Source: a bacterium | GTDB taxonomy: Bacteria; Electryoneota; Electryoneia; Electryoneales; Electryoneaceae | Assembly: GCA_963669175.1 (NCBI GenBank) | Contig: OY769902.1 | Coordinates: 736,001-800,000 of the forward strand | DNA: 64,000 nt | Reading direction: 5' to 3' | In this document: piece by piece, positions 1 through 9,942 of the stretch | How the letters are laid out: each line of letters opens with the position of its first letter | Position numbering within the stretch: position 1 is the stretch's first letter | The notes under the pieces: model-generated | Databases searched by the model: none | Told to the model about the DNA's origin: nothing | The model's input: only the letters and a program-made list of their open reading frames with translations | Program-made: the position numbers and the translations under genes

Positions 1-1
1 C

Positions 2-325
2 TCGATTCTTACCCTGATCCTTATGCCCAAATTGACCGATGGCGGCTTGGACCGTGTCGTTGTCCGCTTCTATTTTATCGTGGACAAAGATTATTCAGCG
101 AACCATTACAGTGAACTGGTGCAGCACATCATGACACTGAATGGCACCTACAATGTCGGTATCTGGAGTCTCGACGAAGACAAGGATATCGTGTTCGAAG
201 GCTATATGACCTTTGTCGACAAACTCGAGATCAAAGAGTTTAAAGCCTATCTGAACTGGTACGAATCCGCCATCCAGGAAGTCTTCGGCTCCAATTCTGA
301 CCTGATGCAGATCCTGGCCGACTGA
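2..325 (+). CDS. Partial hypothetical protein, possibly YbjN-like (T3SS-chaperone fold), 5' truncated
   Basis: The frame is open from the window edge. The pattern LNGTYNVGIWSLDEDKDIVF resembles YbjN-family proteins. A terminator follows. Confidence 0.5.
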   Translation, partial: SILTLILMPKLTDGGLDRVVVRFYFIVDKDYSANHYSELVQHIMTLNGTYNVGIWSLDEDKDIVFEGYMTFVDKLEIKEFKAYLNWYESAIQEVFGSNSDLMQILAD

Positions 326-375
326 TTTTCTGAAAGGCTACGCCTGGCTATTCAGGCCACAGATGCGATGATTCT

Positions 376-402
376 ATCCCGCTCTCCGGAGCGGGATTTT
401 TT
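376..402 (+). terminator. Rho-independent terminator
   Basis: ATCCCGCTC-TCCG-GAGCGGGAT hairpin followed by a T tract. Confidence 0.8.
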
Positions 403-773
403 GTTGGCATAGTCCCGAGCGGGGGTTCAGGGATTGGTCACCTTGTCCCGATGCGCTCAATGTTGCGTCACGTGGCATTGCTTCATCAGAGTATTCCTGA
501 ACCTGTCCAAGAGGAAGCTATATCACTTGCGGATCGGGCCACCCAACGTATGTAATATCATGTTGTTGAAGTGAAATGTGAGCTTGCCACAGTCCAATTT
601 TTCCTTTCACAATCCCGACTCACTTTTAGTCGCGTGATAGATTGTCACTTCAGCACAGTATCCAACTTGAAACGATAGTGTCAGATGAAGAGGGGCCCAA
701 AAACTGGACAGTAGTTTAGTTGATGGTTCCGCCCTACATTGAAGGACCGTAGGTTCTTCGGAAGGAGCGGAAG

Positions 774-1082
774 ATGAAGCGATCCCGCAGAAAGTTAACC
801 GCGCAGTTCAAGGCATCGGTAGCGCTTGCCGCCGTCAAGGGTGACAAGACGATTTCGGAACTGGCCTCGCAGTTCGATGTTCACCCCAACCAGATCGTAC
901 AATGGAAGAAGCAGTTGCTTGAGCAGGCGGAAGGTCTTTTCGCTGGCAAGCGTGGTGTGCATCAGGATGATACCGCCGCAGAGATCAAGGAGCTGCATGC
1001 CAAGATCGGTCAGTTGACGATGGAACGTGATTTTTTATCACGTGTGCTCGGACCTGGGGCAAGGCCGAGCGTAAAACGATGA
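774..1082 (+). CDS. IS3 transposase OrfA (HTH)
   Basis: KTISELASQFDVHPNQIVQWKK helix-turn-helix and KIGQLTMERDFL leucine-zipper end. Confidence 0.93.
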   Translation: MKRSRRKLTAQFKASVALAAVKGDKTISELASQFDVHPNQIVQWKKQLLEQAEGLFAGKRGVHQDDTAAEIKELHAKIGQLTMERDFLSRVLGPGARPSVKR

Positions 1083-1906
1083 TCACGCCCACCGAGACAC
1101 TCCCGGTCACGAAGCAGTGTGCCTTGCTGTCTGTTCCTCGATCAACGGCGTATTACAGGCCGAAACCGTTGAAGGAGCGAGATTTGACGCTGTTGCGCCG
1201 GTTGGATGAGTTGCACTTGGTTTATCCTTTCGCGGGGTCACGGATGTTGCGTGACCTGTTGCGTGGCGAAGGTTACAAGATCTGTCGGAAGAAGGTGCGT
1301 CGTCTGATGCGTATCCTGGGGATCTATACGGTGTATCCGAAGAAGAAACGCACCAGTCACCCCGCACCGGGACATACGATCTTTCCCTACCTGTTGCGTG
1401 GGTTGACGATTGACCGTCCCAATCAGGTTTGGTGTACTGATATCACGTACATTCCGCTTGCACGAGGCTTCGGATATTTGGTGGCGATCATGGATTGGCA
1501 CAGCCGTAAAGTGCTGTCCTGGCGGCTGAGCAACACGATGGATCACCTGTTTTGCGTGGACGCGTTGAACGAAGCGTTGGCGAAATATGGCGCACCGGAA
1601 ATTTTCAATACTGATCAGGGCGCACAGTTTACCAGCGTGGCGTTTACGTCACGGTTGCAGGATGAAGGGATTAAGATCAGCATGGACGGCAAAGGCCGCT
1701 GGGTAGACAATCGGTTCATCGAGCGTCTGTGGCGATCCCTGAAACATGAGGATGTGTATCTGAAATGTTACGAGACCTTGCGTGAGGCAGAAAAGGGTAT
1801 TGGAGAGTATTTTACATTCTACAACGAAAAGCGACCTCACCAGGCGCTGAACAGTCAAACACCAGATCAAGTATACTGGCAAACACAACGAACAGAAGCA
1901 GCATGA
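1079..1906 (+). CDS. IS3 transposase OrfB (rve DDE integrase core)
   Basis: WCTDITY, FNTDQG and [11 protein letters not shown] motifs. It lies in the -1 frame relative to orfA. Confidence 0.95.
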   Translation: MITPTETLPVTKQCALLSVPRSTAYYRPKPLKERDLTLLRRLDELHLVYPFAGSRMLRDLLRGEGYKICRKKVRRLMRILGIYTVYPKKKRTSHPAPGHTIFPYLLRGLTIDRPNQVWCTDITYIPLARGFGYLVAIMDWHSRKVLSWRLSNTMDHLFCVDALNEALAKYGAPEIFNTDQGAQFTSVAFTSRLQDEGIKISMDGKGRWVDNRFIERLWRSLKHEDVYLKCYETLREAEKGIGEYFTFYNEKRPHQALNSQTPDQVYWQTQRTEAA

Positions 1907-2044
1907 CCCAAACAGGAACCATCACTTAAAACTGATAAATACATGTCCAAACTACGGGGGCCTCTTCAAGATACATCACGTGTGAGTCGGGCCACCCGGG
2001 TGGTTTTTATGTATATCGAACACGAATAAACAACAAGGACTTCG

Positions 2045-2070
2045 AGATCCCCGGTCAAGCCGGGGATGAC
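2045..2070. repeat. REP-like palindrome
   Basis: GATCCCCGG-TCAAG-CCGGGGATGAC. Related GTCATCCCGG...CCGGGAT units occur at 45491 and 50549. Confidence 0.6.
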
Positions 2071-2121
2071 ATATGTTGTAGGTTTTTCAGAACAATTCCG
2101 AGCTTTTTATATTTACAGCTA

Positions 2122-2170
2122 TCCAACTTTTTCAACTTTCAAACTTTAGAACTTTCCAACTTGTCAAACT
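2122..2170. repeat. Degenerate ~8-nt tandem repeat (AACTTTNN)
   Basis: CCAACTTTTTCAACTTTCAAACTTTAGAACTTTCCAACTTGTCAAACT. The same motif occurs at 40090-40126 and 61334-61372. Confidence 0.7.
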
Positions 2171-2370
2171 CAAAGAGAGACATGCCTCCCGTGCCATGAC
2201 TTTTGCCATTGGAAGAAACAATTCCCACCCCCGGCGGTGTACTTTATTGCCCCGGCGAGAGACCTGTTGATTCCTGCAAGAATAGTTCAGCACGTTCTTC
2301 TTCTGGTTCATGTTGACTAATTTGTGTACCTTAGCTGGATTGAGACGAAAAACTCTACGGCGACAACATC

Positions 2371-3687
2371 ATGACAGACTCTGCTGCATCAAAGAATACA
2401 GGCAACAACGGAGCAAGCGTGTTCGATTGGGTGTGGAATACCCTTAAATCAATGAAGACAGCCATTATCATCCTGCTGATCCTGGCTGTTGCATCGGTGT
2501 TCAACCTTTTTGCCAACGAATTCATTGTACCGACCGACGGCACAGTGGAAACCGCTGCGCAGGTCTATGAACACAGTTACGGGGGACTTCGTGCCGATCT
2601 GCTCCTCGTCTTCCAGATGTATAACCCCTACCGTTCATGGTGGTACACCGGGATGCTGGGAATATTGACCCTGTCCCTGCTGGTCTGTGTCATCGAACGG
2701 ACGCCAATTGTCTGGCGCAGGATGACCAGACCACGTTTTATCGAAGAGGCGGAACGCTATTCTACCCTGGACCCGCACGTTGTCATTGTTGGCGATAGCG
2801 GCCTGCTGGAACGGGCGAAACAGGCAATTGGAAAGAAACATTATCGTGTACAGACACGTGATGACGGAGAAGACACCATACTGCTGGCCGGAAATCGATT
2901 TGCGTGGGCCAACAGCGGTCCCTGGCTGGTGCATGTGGGATTTATCCTGCTGGTGATTGGCGGAGCGATGATCGCCCGTGGTGAATTGCGCGACCGTGCC
3001 GCTGGAATGCCCGGCGATATGCTGGCCCAGGATGAAAGCCGTTGGGGATTCAACGTCCGTGTCGATGATTTCCAGATCGAATATTACCCGCTTGGTGTTC
3101 ATCAGTGGGTACAGGTTGATCAGAACATGATTGGCCGAATTGTTGAAAAACATGACAACAACACTTTCGACGTGGAAATCATGTCACCTAGTCGTGATTT
3201 CCTGACAGAAGTTCCGGCGGAACGCATTCACAACCATTTTGACATGCGTTCACAAGGTGGCGGACGTCTGGACCAGGGGAACATCTCCGATTATATCGCC
3301 ACGCTGACCGTGATCGAAAACGGACAGGAAATCAAGACCGAACGTGTGGAAGTAAATGCCCCGCTTCGGTATAAGGGATATCGTTTTTACCAGTCCAGTT
3401 TTGATGACCGCAGGCAGGATGATCAGGGCCGCTGGATGACCATCCTGAGTATTCGCAAGGATCGTGGCGCCCCCTTTGTCTGGGCCGGAATCCTGGTCGT
3501 ATCGCTGGGCTTGTTTGCCGGGATGTATTTCATGCCGATGCAAATAGCCGGACGATTGGAAAGAAACGGTAAGAACTGGCGGCTGTACCTGGCGGCGCGT
3601 TCGCCCCAGGGAAGAAAACTCCCGGTTGGAGAGTTCGAGAGTATCATCGAACAGATCGGCGGGACAGTGCAAACGGATAAAACATAA
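2371..3687 (+). CDS. resB: Cytochrome c biogenesis protein ResB/Ccs1 (System II)
   Basis: N-terminal LKSMKTAIIILLILAVAS, YRSWWY, conserved His in WLVHVG, VNAPLRYKGYRFYQSS, C-terminal TM segment. Lies upstream of ccsA. Confidence 0.88.
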   Translation: MTDSAASKNTGNNGASVFDWVWNTLKSMKTAIIILLILAVASVFNLFANEFIVPTDGTVETAAQVYEHSYGGLRADLLLVFQMYNPYRSWWYTGMLGILTLSLLVCVIERTPIVWRRMTRPRFIEEAERYSTLDPHVVIVGDSGLLERAKQAIGKKHYRVQTRDDGEDTILLAGNRFAWANSGPWLVHVGFILLVIGGAMIARGELRDRAAGMPGDMLAQDESRWGFNVRVDDFQIEYYPLGVHQWVQVDQNMIGRIVEKHDNNTFDVEIMSPSRDFLTEVPAERIHNHFDMRSQGGGRLDQGNISDYIATLTVIENGQEIKTERVEVNAPLRYKGYRFYQSSFDDRRQDDQGRWMTILSIRKDRGAPFVWAGILVVSLGLFAGMYFMPMQIAGRLERNGKNWRLYLAARSPQGRKLPVGEFESIIEQIGGTVQTDKT

Positions 3688-3701
3688 CCTGGAGAATATA
3701 G

Positions 3702-4226
3702 ATGAATAAGAAGGCCGGCATTTTCATCCTGATCCTGGTCGTCGCGGTTGGAGGAATCTGGTTCCTCGGGCAGAAACCGAAGGCCCCCGAACAAACCGCC
3801 GCCCCAAGCAGTTCTGGCGCCATGCCGCCCGGGCATGGGCAGTTCATGTCAACCGAGCTTCCCGAGGTGGACGAGGTGACCATTGATGTGCAGGTCGCGC
3901 CGGAACTAATCGTGGAAGGTGTCACATTGACTCCGGGAAAGACGATCAGATTGCAAGGTTCCGATCTGTCCCTTCGTGCAACAGAATTCTACACTCATTG
4001 GAACTGGGACCAGGGCGCCATCAACCTTTCAAAACACGAGAACAACCCGGCAGTAAAAGTGGAAGTGTTGAAAAACGGCACAGTCCTGTATTACGGTTGG
4101 GCATTCAAGCAAATGCCTTTCTTCCGCATGAGCAGCCATAAGGGTGAAGATGTTGGCGAGCAGCTTGCTTTCACCCTGATGGAATACAAAGGGTTGACAT
4201 GGCCATCCGGTGAGGAGGCAAAGTAA
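3702..4226 (+). CDS. Membrane-anchored periplasmic protein (DUF2155-like) in the cytochrome c biogenesis operon
   Basis: N-terminal TM segment, MPPGH motif, NNPAVKVEV...GWAF pattern. Its stop overlaps the ccsA start. Confidence 0.6.
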   Translation: MNKKAGIFILILVVAVGGIWFLGQKPKAPEQTAAPSSSGAMPPGHGQFMSTELPEVDEVTIDVQVAPELIVEGVTLTPGKTIRLQGSDLSLRATEFYTHWNWDQGAINLSKHENNPAVKVEVLKNGTVLYYGWAFKQMPFFRMSSHKGEDVGEQLAFTLMEYKGLTWPSGEEAK

Positions 4227-5539
4227 TGGACAGACCCGATGCACTGTTGTATTCCGTTTCATTCTACCTGTACCTGGCCTCCTTTGCCTCGTATATCCTG
4301 CACATTTCCCTGAAAAAGGACTTGATGGGGAAGTTGGGTACAATCCTGGCCGGGGTTGGCCTGATCCCGCACACCATCGCGTTCGGGATTCGCTGGGAAA
4401 TGAAGGGCAGTGTTCCCCTGGCCAATATGTATGAATACATGGGGATGATGGCCTGGATGGTGGCTGCCGGGCTGGTATACTTCACGTTTAAACAGAAGAA
4501 CCACCGTATTGGTGTTTTCGTTTCCCCGATTGCCGTGATGCTGATGGTCGTGGCCTCCCTGCTGCCTTCCGATGTGAACCAGCAGCTCATGCCTGCGCTT
4601 CAGTCTACCTGGCTGGCGATTCATGTGTCCATGGCTGCGTTGGGTTCGGGAGCCTTCCTGATCTCTTTTGCCGGATCGAGTTTTTACCTGTTGAGCCGTC
4701 CGGTTGGTGACAGTGCAAACGAACGCAAAGCAATGAACCGGCAATGGATGAACTTCGGTATATTCTGGATCGCAGTGCCCTTGGTGGTGGCTGCTCTGCT
4801 GAAATTTACCGGGATCTTGCCTCCCACGGTTGAAATGGCCCAGGGACGGATGATGTCGGGCAGTGGTGTGACAGCTTTTGCCGTAGGAACCGGCGCCAGT
4901 GCGTTGTTCTGGGGACGTTTGGCTATCGGGCTCGGCATCGGCATGATTGTCGGTGGTATAGCCTGGCCGATTGTAAACGGACGTACTCGCGCCGAGGAAG
5001 ACAAGGGACTGGCCGCACGATTCTTTGCAGTATTGACCATCGCCCTGCTTCTAGCGGCTGTTGTCAGCGGATTTGCTATCCAGAGCGGATTTATCCGTGT
5101 TACCCCACGCTCTTACTTCAAGATCTTCGAGTTCTTCGGGCCGACACTGGTCATCTCGTGGATTCTAACCCCGATCATCAACTGGCTACTGCTGCAACTG
5201 GGTGGCGGTATCGGAAAGATCGGCGTGGGACGTGATATCGCAGAAGACATATCCTACAAAGCGGTTGCTATCGGTTATCCCCTGTATACAGTCGGCGCGT
5301 TGTTCGCCGGGGCGATCTGGGCGGAGCAGGCCTGGGGTACCTGGTGGAGCTGGGATCCAAAAGAGGTCGGAGCGCTTATCATCTGGCTGTTCTATACCGG
5401 CTTCCTGCATGCCCGCTATCAACGCCAGTGGAAAGGCGACCGCGCGGCGGCGCTGGTTGTCTTCGGAATGGTCATGGTTTTCATCAGCTTCTTTGGAAAC
5501 TACTTCTTCGGCGGGTTGCATTCGTTTGAAGTGACGTGA
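4226..5539 (+). CDS. ccsA: Cytochrome c biogenesis protein CcsA/ResC
   Basis: WWD domain GAIWAEQAWGTWWSWDPKE, PALQSTWLAIHV, terminal GLHSF. Confidence 0.95.
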   Translation: MDRPDALLYSVSFYLYLASFASYILHISLKKDLMGKLGTILAGVGLIPHTIAFGIRWEMKGSVPLANMYEYMGMMAWMVAAGLVYFTFKQKNHRIGVFVSPIAVMLMVVASLLPSDVNQQLMPALQSTWLAIHVSMAALGSGAFLISFAGSSFYLLSRPVGDSANERKAMNRQWMNFGIFWIAVPLVVAALLKFTGILPPTVEMAQGRMMSGSGVTAFAVGTGASALFWGRLAIGLGIGMIVGGIAWPIVNGRTRAEEDKGLAARFFAVLTIALLLAAVVSGFAIQSGFIRVTPRSYFKIFEFFGPTLVISWILTPIINWLLLQLGGGIGKIGVGRDIAEDISYKAVAIGYPLYTVGALFAGAIWAEQAWGTWWSWDPKEVGALIIWLFYTGFLHARYQRQWKGDRAAALVVFGMVMVFISFFGNYFFGGLHSFEVT

Positions 5540-5569
5540 TTTTCCGGTTTTATTTCTATCTGTAAATTC

Positions 5570-5597
5570 AAGGCGCGGCGTTGGTCGCGTCTTTTTT
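5570..5597 (+). terminator. Rho-independent terminator
   Basis: AAGGCGCGGC-GTTG-GTCGCGTCTT hairpin plus T tract after ccsA. Confidence 0.65.
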
Positions 5598-5606
5598 ATT
5601 GAATTT

Positions 5607-5740
5607 ACAGGATGGAAAGGATATCAAGGATAGACAGGATTGCTTGATCAGGGATGAATCACGTTTGTTAAATCGTTATTTATTTCAGTAGTTAAGCCTT
5701 GCTTTCATCCTTGACATCCTTTATATCCTTGTCATCCTGT
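5607..5740. repeat. Inverted pair of 9-nt-period AGGAT/ATCCT tandem arrays
   Basis: AGGAT at 5609, 5618, 5627 and 5636; ATCCT at 5707, 5716, 5725 and 5734. Confidence 0.8.
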
Positions 5741-5854
5741 ACATTCAATCAGCGAGTTCCTTCCTCGAAAGGGTTGACCTGGAATGGTATTTTGCCTGTT
5801 GCCAGTTTGCATGAGAAGCTCTATTTTCCGGGAAACAAAGAAAGCCAGCATGTT

Positions 5855-7669
5855 ATGGATGTTTTTCGCCGATTCGCCCACTACGTAAAGCCTTACTGGA
5901 TGCACATCGCGCTGGTGTTGTTGTGTACCGCGCTGTTTGTGGTGTTTTCCGCGTCGGCATACTGGTTGGGCGCATCGTTCCTTCAAGCCTTGTTTTCCGG
6001 TGAGCTGGTTGCTGCTGCGTCTCCCCCATCTATTACCGATCCCAACGCCTGGTTGAAATTTCAGACTCATCATCTATTGACTGGCACATCGCAGCAGGAA
6101 ACCCTTTTCCGTGCGGCCCTGGCCATTGTGATCGCTTTCGTATTGAAAAACCTGTTCAGCTACCTGCAACTGTATTTTTTCAGCTTCGTTGAACAGAAAG
6201 TGATAAAGGATCTGCGTGACGATTTGTTTGACAAACTGCTTCACCTGGACCTGGCCTTCTTTCAGCGCAAGCGTCGCGGCGATTTGATTTCCAACGTATT
6301 AAATGATGTAGAAGACTTAAACCAGGCGCTGAACAAGAGTTTTACCAAGAGTATCCGCGACCCTTTCAATGCGTTGCTGCTCTTTATCCTCCTGTTGGTG
6401 GTTAGCCCCAAACTGACACTTGCCGCATTGCTGGTAGTGCCTGCTGTGGGGTGGACAGTGCTGATGCTGGGACGATCAATCAAGCGCTATGCGGTCCATG
6501 TGCAGGAGGCGATTTCTTCTGTCACAACCCATCTTCAGGAAAGCCTGGGCGGAATTCGGGTAGTGAAAGCGTTTGCCGGCGAAACCTTTGAAAACAGACG
6601 TTTTCAGAAGTTGACCCAAAGTCATTACCAGTACGCCTTTGGACGTGAGCAATTAAAGCGTCTTGTTATTCCCCTGAATGAAATTGTAGGGGTGCTGATT
6701 ATAAGCGGCTTGCTTTTTGTTGGTGGCGATATGGTTCTGGTTCAGCGATCCATGAATTCGGAGGACTTTATCCGTTTCCTGGTCCTGCTTTTCGCCTTGT
6801 TGAATCCGATCATGAGTCTTGGGAACCTGTTTGCCAACATTCGCCATGCGGAAGCATCCGGCGGTCGTGTCTTTCGTGTGCTGGATGAGCCGGTTCGTCT
6901 TAGTCAACCGGACAACGCTGCGATACCCAAACAGTTTCAAGAGCGTTTCGAAGTACGGAATGTCTCTTTCCGTTACCAGGAAGATTTACCCTCGGTCATT
7001 GAATCCGTTGCTTTTACCATTCACCTGGGTGAACGGCTGGCGATTGTTGGTTCGAGTGGAAGCGGTAAGTCTACTCTCTTGAACCTGTTGCCGCGTTTTT
7101 ATGATGTAACGGATGGTGAGATACTCCTTGATGGTACTGACATTCGTGAGTTAGACCTTGCCGGTTACAGAAACCTGTTCGGTATTGTAACGCAGCAGGT
7201 TATCCTGTTCCATGACACCATTTTTGCCAACATCGCTTACGGCAATCCTTCAGCCTCACGTGAAGCTGTAATCGAGGCAGCCAAAGCAGCGTTTGCTGAT
7301 GAATTTATCAGTAAACTTCCTGAAGGATACGACACAATCGTTGGCGAGCAGGGTTCTTTATTGTCTGGTGGTCAGCGTCAACGGATCAGCATCGCCAGGG
7401 CGTTTTTACGCAAACCAGACATTATCTTGCTTGACGAAGCCTCCAGCGCACTGGACCCGGAAGCTGCGGCACAAGTGGAAGCGGCCCTGGAACGGTTGAC
7501 TGCCGGACGAACTGTTATTTCAGTAACCCACCGTATCAATACGGTTGAACATTTTGAGCGAATTCTGGTTTTAAAGGATGGACGTTTGATCGGGGACGGG
7601 CCACATAGAGAATTAATTCAAACATGTGAGCCCTACAGGAACCTTGCGATGACCCAGTCTGTTGCCTGA
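5855..7669 (+). CDS. ABC transporter, fused permease/ATPase (MsbA-like)
   Basis: TM domain, Walker A GSSGSGKST, signature LSGGQRQR, Walker B ILLDEA. Start moved to ATG 5855 because the upstream extension translates the repeat array. Confidence 0.9.
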   Translation: MDVFRRFAHYVKPYWMHIALVLLCTALFVVFSASAYWLGASFLQALFSGELVAAASPPSITDPNAWLKFQTHHLLTGTSQQETLFRAALAIVIAFVLKNLFSYLQLYFFSFVEQKVIKDLRDDLFDKLLHLDLAFFQRKRRGDLISNVLNDVEDLNQALNKSFTKSIRDPFNALLLFILLLVVSPKLTLAALLVVPAVGWTVLMLGRSIKRYAVHVQEAISSVTTHLQESLGGIRVVKAFAGETFENRRFQKLTQSHYQYAFGREQLKRLVIPLNEIVGVLIISGLLFVGGDMVLVQRSMNSEDFIRFLVLLFALLNPIMSLGNLFANIRHAEASGGRVFRVLDEPVRLSQPDNAAIPKQFQERFEVRNVSFRYQEDLPSVIESVAFTIHLGERLAIVGSSGSGKSTLLNLLPRFYDVTDGEILLDGTDIRELDLAGYRNLFGIVTQQVILFHDTIFANIAYGNPSASREAVIEAAKAAFADEFISKLPEGYDTIVGEQGSLLSGGQRQRISIARAFLRKPDIILLDEASSALDPEAAAQVEAALERLTAGRTVISVTHRINTVEHFERILVLKDGRLIGDGPHRELIQTCEPYRNLAMTQSVA

Positions 7670-7717
7670 GGGCGCTTAAAACGGTATCCTCTGGTATCAC
7701 GGGATTGTATATGAGGG

Positions 7718-8836
7718 GTGGACATGCTGGATGATAGAGCACGTGTAGTTGTCATCTGTTCGAGCGACGGGTGGGCGGGGACCGAAAAATGGACCCTGCG
7801 GTCGTCCGAAGAGTTGTACAAGCGGAATCGTCGTGTTCTGATGCTGGTCCGTCGCCCAATCCTGTTCTCCGGCCGTGTAACAGTGAATGTCCCCTATCTG
7901 CGTGTACCCATGCGAAACGAAGCAGATATTTTTTCCCTTCGACGCATGGTGAGGCTGATCAAACGGAACGCGGACGTTGTTGTAGTAACCCGGGTGCGTG
8001 ACTACTGGCTGGGCGGTCTGGCGGCAAAACTGGCGGGGGTACCGGTCGTATTACGGCTTGGCGTTGTCCGTCGCCTGCGAGACTCCTACATCATGGATAA
8101 AATGCGGTACGGAAAACTGCCGCAACGCATCATGGTTAACGCCCAGGCAATTAAAGACAGCCTGGTTAAATCCCCCTGGATAGACCCGGATAAGGTTCAC
8201 ATTATCTATAACGGTGCGGATATCCGTGGCCATATCAGCGAAGAGAACCTCGGCTTTACCCGTCAATTGATCGGAGTGCCCCCGGATTCAACCCTGATTA
8301 TCGGTGCGGGACGGCTTGCGGTGGAAAAACGCTGGGAATGGCTAATTAAAGCCACGTCTATCCTGGTTGCCGAAGGCTATAATATTAACGTCCGTATTAT
8401 TGGACGTGGGTCTGAAGGACGCGATCTACAGAACCTGATCTTCGATTATAAAATTCAGCATCATGTGCAGCTTCCGGGTGAACGGCGCGATTCACACCTT
8501 TGGCTGTCTGCTGCCGACATTGTGGCCATGCCTTCCGAAAATGAAGGCATCTCCAACACGCTTCTTGAGGCTATGGGCGCTGAAGTGCCCGTGCTGGCCA
8601 TGAAATGTGGAGGGAATGCAGAGACTTTCACTGACGGAGAAAACATTTCCCTTTGCGAGATTGATGACTTTGACGATTTTGTCAATCGTTTGCGCATCCT
8701 GGTAAAAGACAGGGAGTTGCGTGAACGAATCGGTAAAGCCGGTTTCGAAGTAGTGAAAGAACGCTTTTCCTGGGAAAGAATGACCGATGAATACGAGGCT
8801 TTACTGGATCTGACCGCCAGTGAAGGTCGGAAATGA
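7718..8836 (+). CDS. Glycosyltransferase family 4
   Basis: GRLAVEK and PSENEGISNTLLEAM (EX7E) motifs. Confidence 0.9.
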   Translation: MDMLDDRARVVVICSSDGWAGTEKWTLRSSEELYKRNRRVLMLVRRPILFSGRVTVNVPYLRVPMRNEADIFSLRRMVRLIKRNADVVVVTRVRDYWLGGLAAKLAGVPVVLRLGVVRRLRDSYIMDKMRYGKLPQRIMVNAQAIKDSLVKSPWIDPDKVHIIYNGADIRGHISEENLGFTRQLIGVPPDSTLIIGAGRLAVEKRWEWLIKATSILVAEGYNINVRIIGRGSEGRDLQNLIFDYKIQHHVQLPGERRDSHLWLSAADIVAMPSENEGISNTLLEAMGAEVPVLAMKCGGNAETFTDGENISLCEIDDFDDFVNRLRILVKDRELRERIGKAGFEVVKERFSWERMTDEYEALLDLTASEGRK

Positions 8837-9924
8837 AAATCGCTTTCCTGAATTTCGCCCGCGACTTTGGCGGCGGCGAACACTGGACTATTCTTACAGC
8901 AGGCGGCTTGTCGGAACATGGGCATCAGGTGCTGCTGCTGGGACGTTCCGGTTCAACCTACCAGAATCGTGTCAACCAAGCTGGTTTGCAATACATGAGT
9001 GTCCCTGCTGGTCCGGATTATAACCCGATCACGATCTTATACCTGCTTCGAATCTTCCTGTACTTTCGCCCGGATGTTTTGATTGTCTCCCATAACAAAG
9101 ATGTTCGTAACGGCGCTGTAGCGGCATTATTTCTTGGTATTCCCGTATTACATCGTAACGGGTTCCCCATATTAAAGGATACCTGGCGACATCGTTTGAC
9201 CTATGCACTGACCAATCGGATCATCACCAACTCCCAACGCATCCGTGATCAGTATGCCGATATTCCATGGATTGATCCCAACACAATTGATGTGGTTCCC
9301 AATGGGATCGACCCACCGGAAACCATCCGGGATAAGCAACAGGTACGGTCGAACTTGAATCTCGCCCAAGATGCCTTTATTGTCATGTTCGCAGGACGGC
9401 TTACCACGACCAAGCATGTGGATGATCTGATAACAGCGATGAAACTAATGCCGGAAACGTCATCTGTACGGCTTGCCGTAATGGGTGACGGCCCGGAAGC
9501 CGAGTCCCTGAAACAACAGGCCGCAAACCTCGTTACATCGAACAGGGTCGTATTCCTGGGCTATCACGACGATGCTGCGGATAAACTGATGGCCGCTGAC
9601 CTGGTAATCCTGCCGTCCGACGACGAAGGAATGCCGAATACGCTGATGGAAGCGATGGTGCGCAAGATTCCGGTAGCAGCTACACCAGTTGGCGATGTAC
9701 CTTATCTTCTGGATGAGGGCAAAGCCGGCTGGTTGTTCCCGGTTGGATCACCGGAAAAGATAACTGAGCTGCTTGCGTCGCTGGAAAACCATCAGGATCT
9801 CCTGGACGAAATGGCCTCTGCGGGTTTTAAACAGATTCGTGACCATTTTTCCTTTTCCGACATGATCAGTGGCGTAGAACGATCCTGCAGGAGAACGATT
9901 CGAGTCCGTCGTGATCGTACGTAA
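8833..9924 (+). CDS. Glycosyltransferase family 4
   Basis: FGGGE, VVPNGID and PSDDEGMPNTLMEAM motifs. Confidence 0.9.
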   Translation: MKIAFLNFARDFGGGEHWTILTAGGLSEHGHQVLLLGRSGSTYQNRVNQAGLQYMSVPAGPDYNPITILYLLRIFLYFRPDVLIVSHNKDVRNGAVAALFLGIPVLHRNGFPILKDTWRHRLTYALTNRIITNSQRIRDQYADIPWIDPNTIDVVPNGIDPPETIRDKQQVRSNLNLAQDAFIVMFAGRLTTTKHVDDLITAMKLMPETSSVRLAVMGDGPEAESLKQQAANLVTSNRVVFLGYHDDAADKLMAADLVILPSDDEGMPNTLMEAMVRKIPVAATPVGDVPYLLDEGKAGWLFPVGSPEKITELLASLENHQDLLDEMASAGFKQIRDHFSFSDMISGVERSCRRTIRVRRDRT

Positions 9925-9942
9925 CATGAACCGGAATAGATC

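Larger units (their letters stand above)
686..1968 (+). mobile_element. IS3-family insertion sequence, 1283 bp
   Basis: TG...CA ends. IRL TGAAGAGGGGCCCAAAAACTGGACA versus reverse-complemented IRR TGAAGAGGCCCCCGTAGTTTGGACA. 3-bp target duplication AGA at 683-685 and 1969-1971. orfA/orfB arrangement. Confidence 0.95.

Noticed and set aside
5699-5854. N-terminal extension of the ABC transporter
   Set aside because: It starts at TTG and translates the ATCCT repeat array. ATG 5855 gives a normal-length protein.
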